Below are positions 1-11,965 of a stretch of DNA of 64,000 nt, piece by piece. The stretch spans positions 17,486,001 through 17,550,000 of the forward strand of contig NW_024704743.1 in the NCBI RefSeq assembly GCF_018977255.1, given 5' to 3'. Every line of letters begins with the position of its first letter. Within the stretch, counting starts at the first letter, position 1. Origin of the DNA: Callorhinchus milii (taxonomy: Eukaryota). The position numbers were made by a program, and so were the translations under genes. The notes under the pieces were generated by a model. That model was not told the origin of the DNA, did not search any database, and saw only the letters and a list, made by a program, of their open reading frames with translations.

Positions 1-660
1 CCATGATCCGATCTGCCTTCCCCCACCTCTGCAAAGTCGCCCAGCTCCGCCACTGTCTCACACCGCAGGCCACCGAAACCCTCATTACATCGTGGCTTAA
101 CTATGCAAACTCACTGCTTGTCGGCCTCCCCAACTCCTCCCTCCATAAGCTGCAGATCATCCAGAACTCTGCAGCCCATGTCCTCTCCCGTACCAGGCTC
201 CGTGACCCTATCACCCCCATCCTTGCCTGATTCCACTGGCTTCCCATCACACAGAGGATACAGTTCAAGTTCCTGGTCCTCACTTTCAAAGCCCTCCATG
301 GCCTTGCTCCCCCCTACCTCTGCGACCTCCTAACCCCCTACCATCCTGCTCGCTCCCTCCGCTCAGCCTGCTTCACGTCCCCTGCCTCCCTTGTCCCACT
401 ATTGGCGGGCGGGCCTTCTGCCACTCTGCCCCCAACCCTTTGGAACTCCATCCTGCAGTGCCTCCGCCTCGCCCCCTCCCTTGCCTCCTTCAAGACCATC
501 TCAAGATCCTCCTCTTAGAGCATGCTTTCGATCACCCTGCTTGCCCCCTCCCCGATCCTGACCCTCCAGCTCGGGTCCAAACTCTGACTGTCCAGTGTCT
601 TGGGACAACCTTCCGACATGAAAGACGCCACACAAATCTAATTTTGTTGTTGTTGTATAT
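1..660 (+). mobile_element. L2 (LINE2) 3' fragment, decayed
   Basis: RT C-terminal peptide ...LNYANSLLVGLPNSSLHKLQIIQNSAAHVL... followed by the L2 tail and (TTG)n. Confidence 0.9.
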
Positions 661-1554
661 TAATATTGATTTCTCCAGGTGCAGATTTTCTTTTGTTCTA
701 GTTGGTGAGACTTAATATTTATGTCTAATGGGGTGATGTAATACAAGGCGAGCTAATAAATGGCCGGTTTCTGGGTCAAGAGAACATCACTAATATCACT
801 TACTGTGCTTTGCATATGTGCACAGTTCATGCAGGAAGCACTGCTGACATAATTTCCTTCACAAAGTGACATCAACAGTGCTTCACGTATAGTGCGCAGG
901 AGACCTTGCTCAAGACTCCACTCAGTCTCCGTAAATACTTTTGAGATTTTGTTCTATGCGAAAGAACAGTAAGCTCTCTAGTAAATGCAAGTTGTTGTGG
1001 AAAGGCATTATGTAAATACAATTTTTGGGGGGTAATGTCAAACATAGGTTTCAGCTGTCTTTTAACAAATACAATGGAATCGTGTTATAAAGTCCTTCAG
1101 TAGAATGCAGGTTCTCTTATTGGGATTTGGTCTCTGATATTTTCTTGCCTAAAATGCATGGACTGTTGCAGCTTTGTCAAATACGTGCTGAGAGAAAATG
1201 TTGTCCGGCCCGGGGATAACAAAATGGCAATCTTCTGAGTCATCAAGGTCGCTGTCGACATAATTTTCTGCATATGTGCAAGCCACAGGAAGTGATATTG
1301 GCGATGATACAACGCCTAGAAAGTCGGTCAAATGGCTTACCCTGCACCAGCCAGTGTTTCATCCAGAAACTCTGACCGCCAGTCACACCCTGTTCTGAGA
1401 TTTTATTAATCCGATTACTGTGTTATAACGGTCCTGCAGTATATGGTGTTCAGAAACCTCCTCTTTGACAAGTGGAATGAGACCCGATGTTGGAAGACCA
1501 AGGACCTCAGATTTTTGGATAACACTGCAACACATCTTTCATTAAATTGTTGTT

Positions 1555-1885
1555 GTGAGCTCACAATCCAGGCGACGCTCCAATGCAGTGCTGGAGGAAT
1601 GTTGAATTGTCAACCGGTGCCGAACCTAGGATGAGACAATAAACCTGAGGTCCCATCTACCTGTTCTGATGGACTTTAAAGATTCCACAAAGTGATCGAA
1701 AAGAGAAGGGAGTCTCTTCCAGTGAGCTGAGCAACAATGCTACAGCTTAATCATCTGTTCACATCATGGCTGTTTGCGGGACCTTGCTGTGTGTAAATTG
1801 CCTTCTGTAGTTACCTACAAATTACCTACCTTGACAGCAATTATCTGTGAAACACTTGGAGATGCTTTGACATTCTAAGAATTGC
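1555..1885 (+). mobile_element. Ancient Deu-domain SINE (SacSINE1/AmnSINE1-like), decayed
   Basis: gatgagacaataaacctgaggtccc...aaagattcca...gctgtttgcgggaccttgctgtgtgtaaattg resembles the recalled Deu core. Similar copies at about 2835-3032(+), 4048-4370(+), 12290-12640(+), 27060-27222(-), 39430-39690(+), 52695-52970(-) and 57690-57965(-). Confidence 0.65.
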
Positions 1886-4499
1886 TTATTTTTACTATTT
1901 AAAATTAGTACTCCCAATTTGCCAGTAAAATAAGATCCCAAACTGCAGATTATGTAGATAATTTACAATCTGAATGTTCACTAGTGTCTTCAATCTTGCT
2001 TAATTAAGTCGGAGAATTAGGCCATTGCTCTTGATCAGTGCAATTTAGGCAGGTGTCTCCCAGCAATAGCATACATAGAACTGAGAAATTGAGGAAGATT
2101 GTTGCATTATTATTATTTTCTTTGCAGCAGGCGGAGATTTTTTTCTCTGACATCAATTTTGAGAGCAGCCTAGGAAAAGACCACAAAATAAAATTGTTAT
2201 ATGGTTATGAAAACAATATGATAATAATCCTTACGTTTTGTAGCCTCTGCACATCATCGAGGCGCCTGAAAAGCACTTCACAAGATATTACTGTGAAATT
2301 TAGTGACTGTATTTGTAAATAAACACGGCAGGCAATTTGCTTACAGAAATGTCCCACGAAGAGTGAAAGGAGAGAGCCCATAATGGAGAGATGATCTTGT
2401 CTTTTCTTGGGTTTTAAAGCCTTAAAATGGCTGTAGAAATGTGCGTTGCTGTATATTTGCATGCTATTTTTCAGCACAGTCAACCCTTTTGCAGGATTCT
2501 TTCCCAGCCTCTTTTCTTGACTATTGTACACTTATTTCTGTACTCATTTAAATAACTGTTTGCTTCACATGAGTCGGGTTTAAAGGCTGCACATTAGATT
2601 TGAGGTTACTTCCACATTTGTTGAAATCCTAGCTTTTTCACATTTATTAGGTAGCTACGAAGTGCTCCTGCTTATTGGGCAATTGAATGGAAATTCGGAT
2701 GAAAATTGCAACTCGTGATTTAGATATCATTGATAGTAAATGTCACAAGATTCTGCTGTTTTATGGAATACCAGTCCATTTTTTGTGCTCAAATTAAGCT
2801 GATATCCTCCTAACGATCGTTTAGTTTCATTCTTGGTATCAGCCTGGTTGGGCTGGTAACACTCTCACCTCTGAGTCCGAAGGTTGTAGATTCAAGCTCC
2901 ATGTTGGGACATTGAGCTAATAGTCTAACTGATACTCCTGGGGGAGCCCTGTAATGTTGGAGGTCTCGTCTTTCAGATGATATGTTAAGCACTTTCAGAT
3001 GTCCTCCTGATATGAAAGGTACTATATGAATATATATGAAAAATAATGTTCAAATATACAGTGATGCACATTTCTACAACTATTTCAAGGTTTTAAAATG
3101 CAAAAAAAGACAGGGAGACATGAAAATAATATTTGGCATTCCACATCACATCTCGCTATTACATGCTCTCCCTCTGAAGGTAAACCAAGGCCTCATCTGC
3201 TCGTATGTTGAGAATCTCATGGCACCACTTGAAAAAAGAGAGCTTTACTTTGGAAACTCTACTGACTTATGTGTTGAACACATGCTGACAAAACTGGCCT
3301 TTTCACATTTATTTAGGAAGCTGCAGAGAGGTGCAAGGGCCAGCACCTCCATTGAGCAGCAGGAGGCACAGCCTAAACCCTACAAATGTGGAGTTATACT
3401 GTACATGACATCCCACTGTAATGCGCTCATCTAACTTTACACAGTTGGTTACGCTGCATTAATTCTACTCATGACTTGCTTTTGGAATACTATTTAAAAA
3501 AATCCTATTCACTACCTGCAGGTTTTTAGAAACTGTCACAATGCTGCTCTGGTAATGTGAATTTTTTTTTGCTATTGTAGTATACTAGATGAAACAGAAA
3601 TATTTTTATCATAGCAACTACAACAACAACTTGCATTTATATAATGTCTTTCAAGCAGGATAGCGTATCGGAGAGCTGAGCACTTTGACGCTGCTGTATG
3701 CAACCTCTTAAAAATAACTATATGGTCAGAAAAATGTGAGGATTCCCCCCTGCTTGAGCAGGTCTGGGAAGTTCAGAAAATTGCAATGACGGTTGCCTAG
3801 TCCTGAGTGTAATGTAAATAATGTGGTTATTCAATTAGGAATCATTGGGTGAAAATGGTGACCTGTAACATGTTAGTTATCACTAGTGATCATTATCACA
3901 TCAATGAGTCAGAGCATTAAAGGCTTCAGGTGTGATATCGACCCCCGCCCTCCCAACCACCATTATAATAATCTTTTCATTTGCTGTAAAACCACATCAC
4001 ATTTTTAAAGCAGGATCCGACAATGCAGCTCTTATTATTGTATTAGAGTGTCAGCCTGACTCAGTTGGTAACACTCTCGACTCCGAGTTAGAGTCTTGGG
4101 ACGCCCTCCCGACGTGAAAGGCGCTCTATAAGTGGAATCTTGTTGTTGTTGTTGAGTCAGAAGATTGTGAGTTCAAGCCTCACAACAAGACTTAGAACTC
4201 ATGTAGTCTATCCTGACACTCCAATACAGTGCTAGGAGTGTGCAGCATCGGTGCTATCTTTTGCTATCACAAAATAGATAGCAGCTTCAATTTACAGTAA
4301 TTCCTATGAAATGTTTTGAGTCATCCTCCTGGTGTGAAACGCACAATATCAAATGTATGGATTATTATTATCAGGGTATTAGCCTCGATCAGGGTGGTCC
4401 AACCTTTTGATGAAATTAGCTCATGGACTGCCAGTAGGACAGTGAGAGTGCTACTAACTGAGCCAGTCTGACATATGTTTAGCATTGGCCAATCTTATG

Positions 4500-4863
4500 T
4501 TACAATAATAATAATCTTTGCATTTGATACAGCGTCTTCGAGACGGCTCAAAGCGCATCACAGAATATACTGTAAAGTGAATTGACTGTATATTTTGTGG
4601 GCGACAGGCGGCAGCCAATAGTGCACAGCAGTGCCCCACAAACAGTCATGGATTGAAGTGACCAATTTATTATTATTTTTTGAAGGAATAATTATCCTCG
4701 GAAAAACAATCCTCCAATCGACTAACAACTGGGTTCCTACTTACTGCTAGGTAAACAAAGCTGTGTGGAGTAAGGAAACTTGCCCAACATTTCATCCTGC
4801 TGGGAATCGACCCAGGTCTCTCGCTTGTGAGGCGAGTGCTCTAACTGTTGAGCTACAGGACTA
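4500..4863 (-). mobile_element. SINE, long subfamily
   Basis: Same head and body plus internal block gtttacctagcagtaagtaggaacc...gattgg. Confidence 0.88.
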
Positions 4864-7298
4864 CAACAAAAGCAACTTGCATTTATATAGCACCCTTCAC
4901 GCTGGACAGCGTCTCGGAGCGCTATGACCTGGGTTTGTTAGGCTGACATTGGTGAAGGTTTATTGAATAATGAGCAGGTAAAAGATTTTGTTTATAAGCC
5001 TTTCCAACTCTGGCTGTTGCAGTGACATTGTATATATTATGACAATTTTCCTGAGATAATGATGTTCTCTTCTGGTTGCCTGGAATAAGCATTTTTGGGG
5101 CCTGTCTGCTAAATAAAGGGGCATTATAAAAGAAGAGGTGAGAATTGAGATGCAAATTGGCTGCCGCATTCACCAAGATCTGCACATTTCGTCCACAAAA
5201 TAGACCGTGAAGCACTTTGAGACATCTTGAAGACGCGATACATTAAAATCTCTGCACTATGCTCATTCTGCCAGACCAATCTGTTACGTTTTTAGTAACA
5301 TGAAAGGTTCTACTGTAGCTTAATAATATGGTGTTTAGATCTCTTTGGTTCTGATCTCTGAAAAGCAAAATTTAAAAAGACAAAAGCTTTGCCTAACCAT
5401 TTGAGGAGAGATACCGCTTTTATAGTTTTAGTGATTTTTATTTTAGTCTTTTACAGAATTCCTTATCTGTATTGTGGATTTCAAATGTAGAACAACAACT
5501 TGCATTTGAGCAGTGTCCTTCACGCGGGATAGCATCTTGGCTGCTGTGTTTTTAGGCGTCACTAATATCAGACTATATAGCGATGTCACTGTTAATATCG
5601 ACTATATAGAGGTGTGTGCAATCTGCTTTGGTGTGTTTTAAATATAGAGTGGCATGAACATTTTTAGTACTTACAAAGAAGTTACAAGAGTTAACTTATT
5701 TGATTCACTCTTGTATTTAGTTTCATTCCTTTTAATACATTTCTGCGAACCTTGGATTTCTTTACTGACGAGGAGCAATGTAATGGGGCCACCCATCCCA
5801 TCTCATTACATGTGTAGCCAGGTTTTCTTCTGTCCCTCAGCAAACCAACTGAGTGCTTAAACTCACCCTTTAGTGGAAATCTGAGCAACTGATGCTAACA
5901 CAGTCTTATGGAGCATTCTATGAAAAGAGGATCCACCCACTATCTCCCAGCCTTAGCTACAGGACTTACAGGAGCTTCCATCAAAGGCTTGAATGTGTCA
6001 AGAGAATGAGCTGCTGTGTAATATTACGATTAATTTGCAATAATAATTATCAGAATGGAATTGCCCCCATGCTATCTATCATGCATTTGATCTGGGACAT
6101 TATAAAACAACATTGAAATGTCTCAAAGCTCTTCAGGATTTTGTGTAGTCACTGTGTGTTTCCAGGCAAACATGGCATTAAATTTGCAGGATTTCATAAG
6201 GAATCTAATTAGAATTCACGCCAACTGGAGTTCAGTCAGTTGGCAGAACATACATACTTCTAATTACCAGAAAGAGTCCCATTTGCACAACTTTGATTCC
6301 TTATTAAGAAATCCTATTAAATACCAAAGTTTCAGTCCCATGATTTGCTAAATTCAGCATCACAGATCCTTTTGTTTGAAAGGGTGGAAGAAGCTCTTAC
6401 ACGATGCTGTTTTTCACTCTGGCCATTATTAATATAATTGCTTGTTACTATAGAAAGCAGCAGCTGAACTCTCACCACAAACCGTATAAATTTTTCGCAT
6501 GCAGTTATAGCAAATCTGGCATTTCTATGCAGAGCTTCTCTAAGCTGTAAACGTGAGCTGGTTTTAAATGTTACTTTGTCTGGTGTTTTAATGGTGGGAA
6601 CAGCCTCACAGATATGAAGTAATTCATTTGCTGGCTTTTAGTATGATTGAATGTGTAATTTTCCAGCACTGTAAATGTGCCTTTTAATGAGGTGGTATAG
6701 ATCATAGTACCGTCTACTTGTAATGCTGCCGCTTATCTTTGAGCAGCCCCGATTCTGGCTGTTATGTTCACATATTTGTAACTCAGGGTTTGTTGAAAGA
6801 GTTAATGAAGAATTTGTCAAAATCTGAAGAAAATGGTTCCTATCCTTTTTGAAAGGAGAGAGGGAGGTAGCAGTGCAGTGGGGATTAGGAAGAGAATACC
6901 AGAGAGCGCAGACAGAGTGGCCAAACAATTGAGGATTTTATGTTGATTTATTGTGAAATAAATTAATAGGTCGCAAAATCAAATCTTGGAGAAAGATTCA
7001 TTATTGATCGCTCATCATCAGCCAAGAAAAAGGGACCAGGGAATGGGGTAGTTACCTCTGTTTAGTTGTTAGTGTTCTCTTCCTCCTTCTCAGACAGCTT
7101 GCTAAGTCCCTCTTTCTCCAGGCCATTTACCCACCAAATATACCTTGTGCTTGAATGCCTTTGCCAAGTGTTGCTATTTATTGCCTCTCATCCTCATGCC
7201 CTTTCTGTCTGCGCCTCTGCCATCCCTTTCTCCTGGGGGGGGGGGGGGGGGGTGAAACTCCCCAATACTCATCCTTCTTCCAAGGACACAGTTAATTG

Positions 7299-7810
7299 AA
7301 GTCCTGTAGCTAAGTGGTTAGAGCACTTCCCTTGCAAGCGAGAGGCCTGGGTTTGATTCCCAGCCAGGGTGAAATGTTGAGTATGTTTCCAGATTGCTTT
7401 TCAGAGGGGTAATGATTTCTTCTTCAAAAAATAATAATAATTTGGTCACTTAATCCACGACTGTTCGTGGGACACTGCTGTGTGCAGTTGCCTGCTGAGT
7501 TTCACCCACAAAATATACATTCAATTTACTTTACAATATATTCTGTGAAAGTCTTTGAGACGTCTTGAAGACGTGATAAGTTTCGATTCCCAGCAGGGCG
7601 AAATGTTTGGCACGTTTCCTTATTCCACATCCCTCTGTTTACCTAGCAATAAATAGGAACCTGGTTGTTAGTCAATTGGCAGATCCTTTTTCCGGGATTA
7701 ATAATTCCTTCAAAAATAATAATAATAAATTGATCACTTCAATCCACGACTGTTTGTGGGACACTGCTGTGCGCAATTGGCTGTTGCATTTCACCCACAA
7801 AATATACAAT
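7299..7810 (+). mobile_element. Two tandem SINE copies, long subfamily
   Basis: Head at 7299; second partial copy from about 7582. Confidence 0.85.
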
Positions 7811-8108
7811 ATTGAGAAGCCAAAACATCTTAAAAGGGAGTTGGTTAGATTCTTGAAGAGAAGTCATATTAAAGGGAATGGGGAGCTGTGACAGGGGGAT
7901 AAACCTTGTTACTGCCTTTCATGGTTATTCAAGATCAACCCATGTGTAAAGGGAGCTAACAAGTTTGTGATAATTGGGAACCAGCCCTATGGGATAATTG
8001 ACTACCAATATAAAGTTGGGGGCTTTGGCGTGTGAGAGGAGAGTCTGGAGAAGACTGATGTACAGAGGTATAGCTTTGTTTTTTTGTTAGAACTATTCTA
8101 ACTATTCG

Positions 8109-8440
8109 TGGAGTCCTGTAGCTCAGTAGTTAGAGCACTCGCTTTGCAAGCGAGAGACCTGAGTTCAATTCCCGGCAGGGGGCGAAACCTTGGGCAAGTT
8201 TCCTTACTCCACACAGAGCCTAATAATAATCCCTCCAAAAAAAAAACAATAATATATTGGTCATTTTCAATCCACGACTGTTTGTGGGACATTGCTGTGC
8301 GCAATTGGCTGCCGCGTTCGCCCACAAATATACAGTCAATTCACTTTACAGTGTGTTCTGTGAAGCGCTTTGGGACGTCCTCCCGACGTGAAAAGCGCTA
8401 TATCATATGCAAGGATTATTATTATTATTATTATTATTAT
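8109..8440 (+). mobile_element. Young tRNA-derived SINE (Deu-like body, L2 tail), short subfamily
   Basis: tRNA-like head with A box (tagctcagtagt) and B box (gagttcaattcc), TGC anticodon-like loop, body ctgtttgtgggacattgctgtgcgcaattggctgcc, L2-type tail and (TTA)n. Confidence 0.92.
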
Positions 8441-9162
8441 TCTGCCAGGTTTTTTTTTGGGTGTGATCCACTCCCTCCTACAGGAGCAACCTAGATAGGA
8501 TTATGTGGGGAAAACAGCAGTGTAGAATTGATGGCCTGTTTGGCCTGTTTCTGTGCTGTAATATTACATGATTTTGGGAGTCTAGTTAGGCAGACAGTTT
8601 AGGGTTTCATTTGGTCAACCAGGTGTCTGCCACATGCAGAAACCCATCACCATGCGTAGAGTATCTACACCAGAGTTTCATATAAGTATGCAACTTATAT
8701 ATGGAAATTACTGTGTCGGGAATGGAATGCGCACTCACCTGACCCATCAAGGCTTTTGCTTGCAGGCATAACGGGAGCTGAGTGGGAAGAATGCTCACTC
8801 CAAGTAACTCATCTGCCATCCCAAGTCCTGTTGATGAACCAGGCTGGCTCACCTATCATCTGAGCCTCCCTGGAGTATTTAAGGTGCACCTGACAACCAA
8901 GATCACCACGGATTCACTTGATTCTGATTATGTAAGGATTGTACTTTGTTACAAACAAAGTTGGACTTTTCAACCCATTTCTCAGTACGAAATGTCCCCG
9001 AAGCAAAATGCCAACTGTAATCATGACTTCCTGTTTGTGATTGCATCTGACATTGTGCTTTTGGGATAAAGCCTTAAGAAGCCCAGCAAGGCAGAAAGCA
9101 AAGTGGTGTCTAGAGGCCTAGTCTTAAATAATAATAATAATATTCCTTACTTGGAGAGTCTG

Positions 9163-9601
9163 GGAGTCCTGTAACTCAGTGGTTAGAGCACTTGCCTCAC
9201 AAGCGAGAGACCTTGGTTCGATTCCCAAGCATGTCACCTTGGAGCCAGTTCAGCTCTAAGGAAGCTCTGCTTACCAATCTCCTTCGCCCCACTCCCTGCC
9301 CACCACCTGAAATGTTGGGCAAGTTTCCTTACTCCACACGTCTCTATTTACCTAGCAGTAAGTAGGAATCCAATTGTTAGTTGATTGGCTGATCGCTTTT
9401 CCGGAGTAATAATTTCTTCAAAAAAAATAATAATAATAAATTGGTCACTTCAAAATAATAATAATAAATTGGTCACTTCAATCCACGATTGTTTGCCACC
9501 AATTGTTTGTCAATTCACTTTACAGTATATTCTGTGAAACGCTTTGAGATGTCTCAAAGACGTCATAAGGCGCTACATCAAATGCAAGGACTATTATTAT
9601 T
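9163..9601 (+). mobile_element. SINE, long subfamily, with foreign 75-bp insertion
   Basis: Head interrupted at 9230-9304; internal tandem duplication at about 9425-9481. Confidence 0.85.
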
Positions 9602-9831
9602 GTAGTACTTTTCCCATCAGGAAGATGCCTTAAGTGCTTCACTGGATACACTGAAAGCGCAATGGCTGTGTGTTTTGTGGACTTGTCTAAAGGCTGGCAA
9701 TATATCATTAAGCATGCTAGCGATGGACCAGATAATTGCTCTATGGATGCTTTCCATTACACTTTCCTTCCTACAACAGCCGCATAGCTGTTTGCTGACC
9801 TTATTTAAACATTCCATTTCACTGAGATAAC

Positions 9832-10236
9832 TGGGCTTGAATCGATTGTACTGCAGTAAACTTCCTGAATATCTTGCTATCAAAGTCAGATCAATGGTCA
9901 GAAGTGACTTCCTCAAATATCCATATCAAGCGAGTTGGGGCTCGCACAGTGTTGTAACTTTGTTTTTTGACTGCACTTTCGAGCATCTTTCCCCTCCTCA
10001 TCCTCTTCGGATCTCTTCCCCCACCCCACCCAACCTCGGGTGCCCAGCTAGCGGCGCGAAGGACTTTTGAGAAATCCTTCTGATATGAAAGGCGTTATAT
10101 AAATAAATTGTATTGTATGTGGGCTTGAATCGATTGTACTGCAGTAAACTTCCTGAATACCTTGCTATTAAAGTCAGATCAATGGTCAGAAGTGACTTCC
10201 TCAAGTATCCATATCAAGCGAGTTGGGCCTCGCACA
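9832..10236 (+). repeat. 117-bp direct repeat pair (9832-9948, 10120-10236) flanking an L2 3' end
   Basis: 4 mismatches by eye. Confidence 0.92.
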
Positions 10237-11629
10237 ATAACCCAATTTGTCCCCTAACCCAATTTGAAACTTTCAATCATTATCAGTTTTATGGCTTCGT
10301 GAGATTTCAAAGATCTCTTTGGGTTTTGATATTTTGTACATCTTGCATGTTATACATGTATCTCTTTCTGAGCAGGCAGTTTTGGCTCATATAGTACTTC
10401 TATAATTTAGTTTTTTCTTTTCATTCCCCAATGACATTCAGATCTCATTTCTCTCAGAAGTTGCTGTAATTCAAATTCTCTTCAAAAGTCATAGTTAACA
10501 GGGAAATCCTGTAACTTAACCTGTGTTCTAAATAAGTTTACCTACAAAATACACACTTCTCAGTAAATCCAGTGCATCATTTTGAGATGTCCTCTTGAGG
10601 TGACCGGTGCGATATATCAAATGCAATGATTATTTATTATTATTTGTGTTGCGGATTGTATTCCTGAAGTATCTTTCCAGAAATTTGTCAACACGCTATT
10701 AGGGTCTAATTTGTGGAACAGATTTCTTAATAGAAAATGTGTAGTTATTAAACTTGTAAAACATTACTTTCCTGGGGAAGGGGTGGGCAAGGGGTGGGGC
10801 GAGGGAGGTTGGTAAGCAGAGCTTCCTAAGAGCTGAACTGGCTCCAAGGTGACATGTTTAGCAACGGAATGTGGGAATTGAGTCGATTCTGTCGGAGTCG
10901 AGTTGTAGTGGTCTCATTAGTCCAGTTCTCAAGCCAGGCAGGTCCGCAGTACCCTAGGCCACACTCTGGGGGCCCCACTATGTCTTGCCAACCTATACCC
11001 AATATTCTCCAGAAATATTCTCCAGAAATTCCTTGTGTACCTGCAGGGAAAACATGTGCATTCCATTTCGGGAAATATCACAGGAAACTTCATAGAAATT
11101 TCCATTTGCACGTGTCAGGTACCTGGCAGCACCAAAGTAATAGTAAAACATTGAATGTACCAAGTGAAGTCTTCTTCAGCATAAATGATGCTTAAAAAAT
11201 TAAATAATTTCTATTAAGAAATCTGTTTAAAAATACCTCAAATTGGTCTTGTATGTCTATGACTTTCCCTGTTTCTGTTGTTTTATTCATAAATGTTTAT
11301 TTTGTTATCTATCTCCTTTCCAACTTTGTGACTTGCAGCTGGTAGTTTCTACAACTTCAGGGAGTCCTTGGTACGTAAGATCGAATTACTGCTGTTTTGT
11401 TTTAAAATAGCTTCTAATGACATTAGTTTGTCCCCTTGTTAACTTGTCTGAATTTATATTGCTCAAGTCTCTGAAAGATGAACATTAGGACTATAATTTC
11501 TCTAGTTTTTGCTTTTTTGATGCATCTTAACAAGGGCTTTAGATAACTGTACAGTTGTTGTCTCTTTAGAAATATGGGCTCCAGTCAACTCATTTAAATG
11601 GCATGGGAACAGGTCCTGACACCGTATGT

Positions 11630-11965
11630 TCGAGAGGACCCAGGTTTGATTTCCGGCCAGGGCAAAAACTTAGGCAAGTTTCCTTACTCCACACGCCACT
11701 GTTTACCTAGCAGTAAGTAGGAACCTGGTTGTTAATTGATTGGTGGATCACTTTTTCGGGGTTAATAATCCCTTCAGAAATAAATTCATAATAATTTGGT
11801 CACTGAATCCAAGATTATTTGTGGGTCCCTGCTGTGTGCAATTGGCTGCCGCATGTCACCCACAAAAATATACACACAGATCAATTTACAATATATTCTT
11901 GAAGCGTTTTGAGACTCTCGATGACTTGATAAGGCTTTATATCAAATACAAGGATTATTATTACA
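11630..11965 (+). mobile_element. SINE, long subfamily, 5'-truncated
   Basis: Homology to other copies. Confidence 0.85.

Noticed and set aside
1097..1400. Minus-strand ORFs and a CAGG|GTAAGC donor near 1340 suggesting a nested antisense gene
   Set aside because: No recognisable protein, stops in all frames, and no partner exons identified.
3317..3420. Exon-like purine-rich stretch after tttatttag
   Set aside because: No good donor and no similarity to the RUNDC3B N-terminal exons.
8109..8185. tRNA-Ala-like gene (TGC loop, A and B boxes)
   Set aside because: It is the head of a multi-copy SINE and continues directly into SINE body.
8730..8860. Minus-strand donors CAG|GTGAGT and TAG|GTGAGC
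   Set aside because: No convincing acceptor or coding similarity; such motifs occur by chance in 64 kb.
8826..8900. Box C/D snoRNA-like TGATGA...CTGA
   Set aside because: Terminal stem only about 2 bp and no recognisable rRNA-antisense element.
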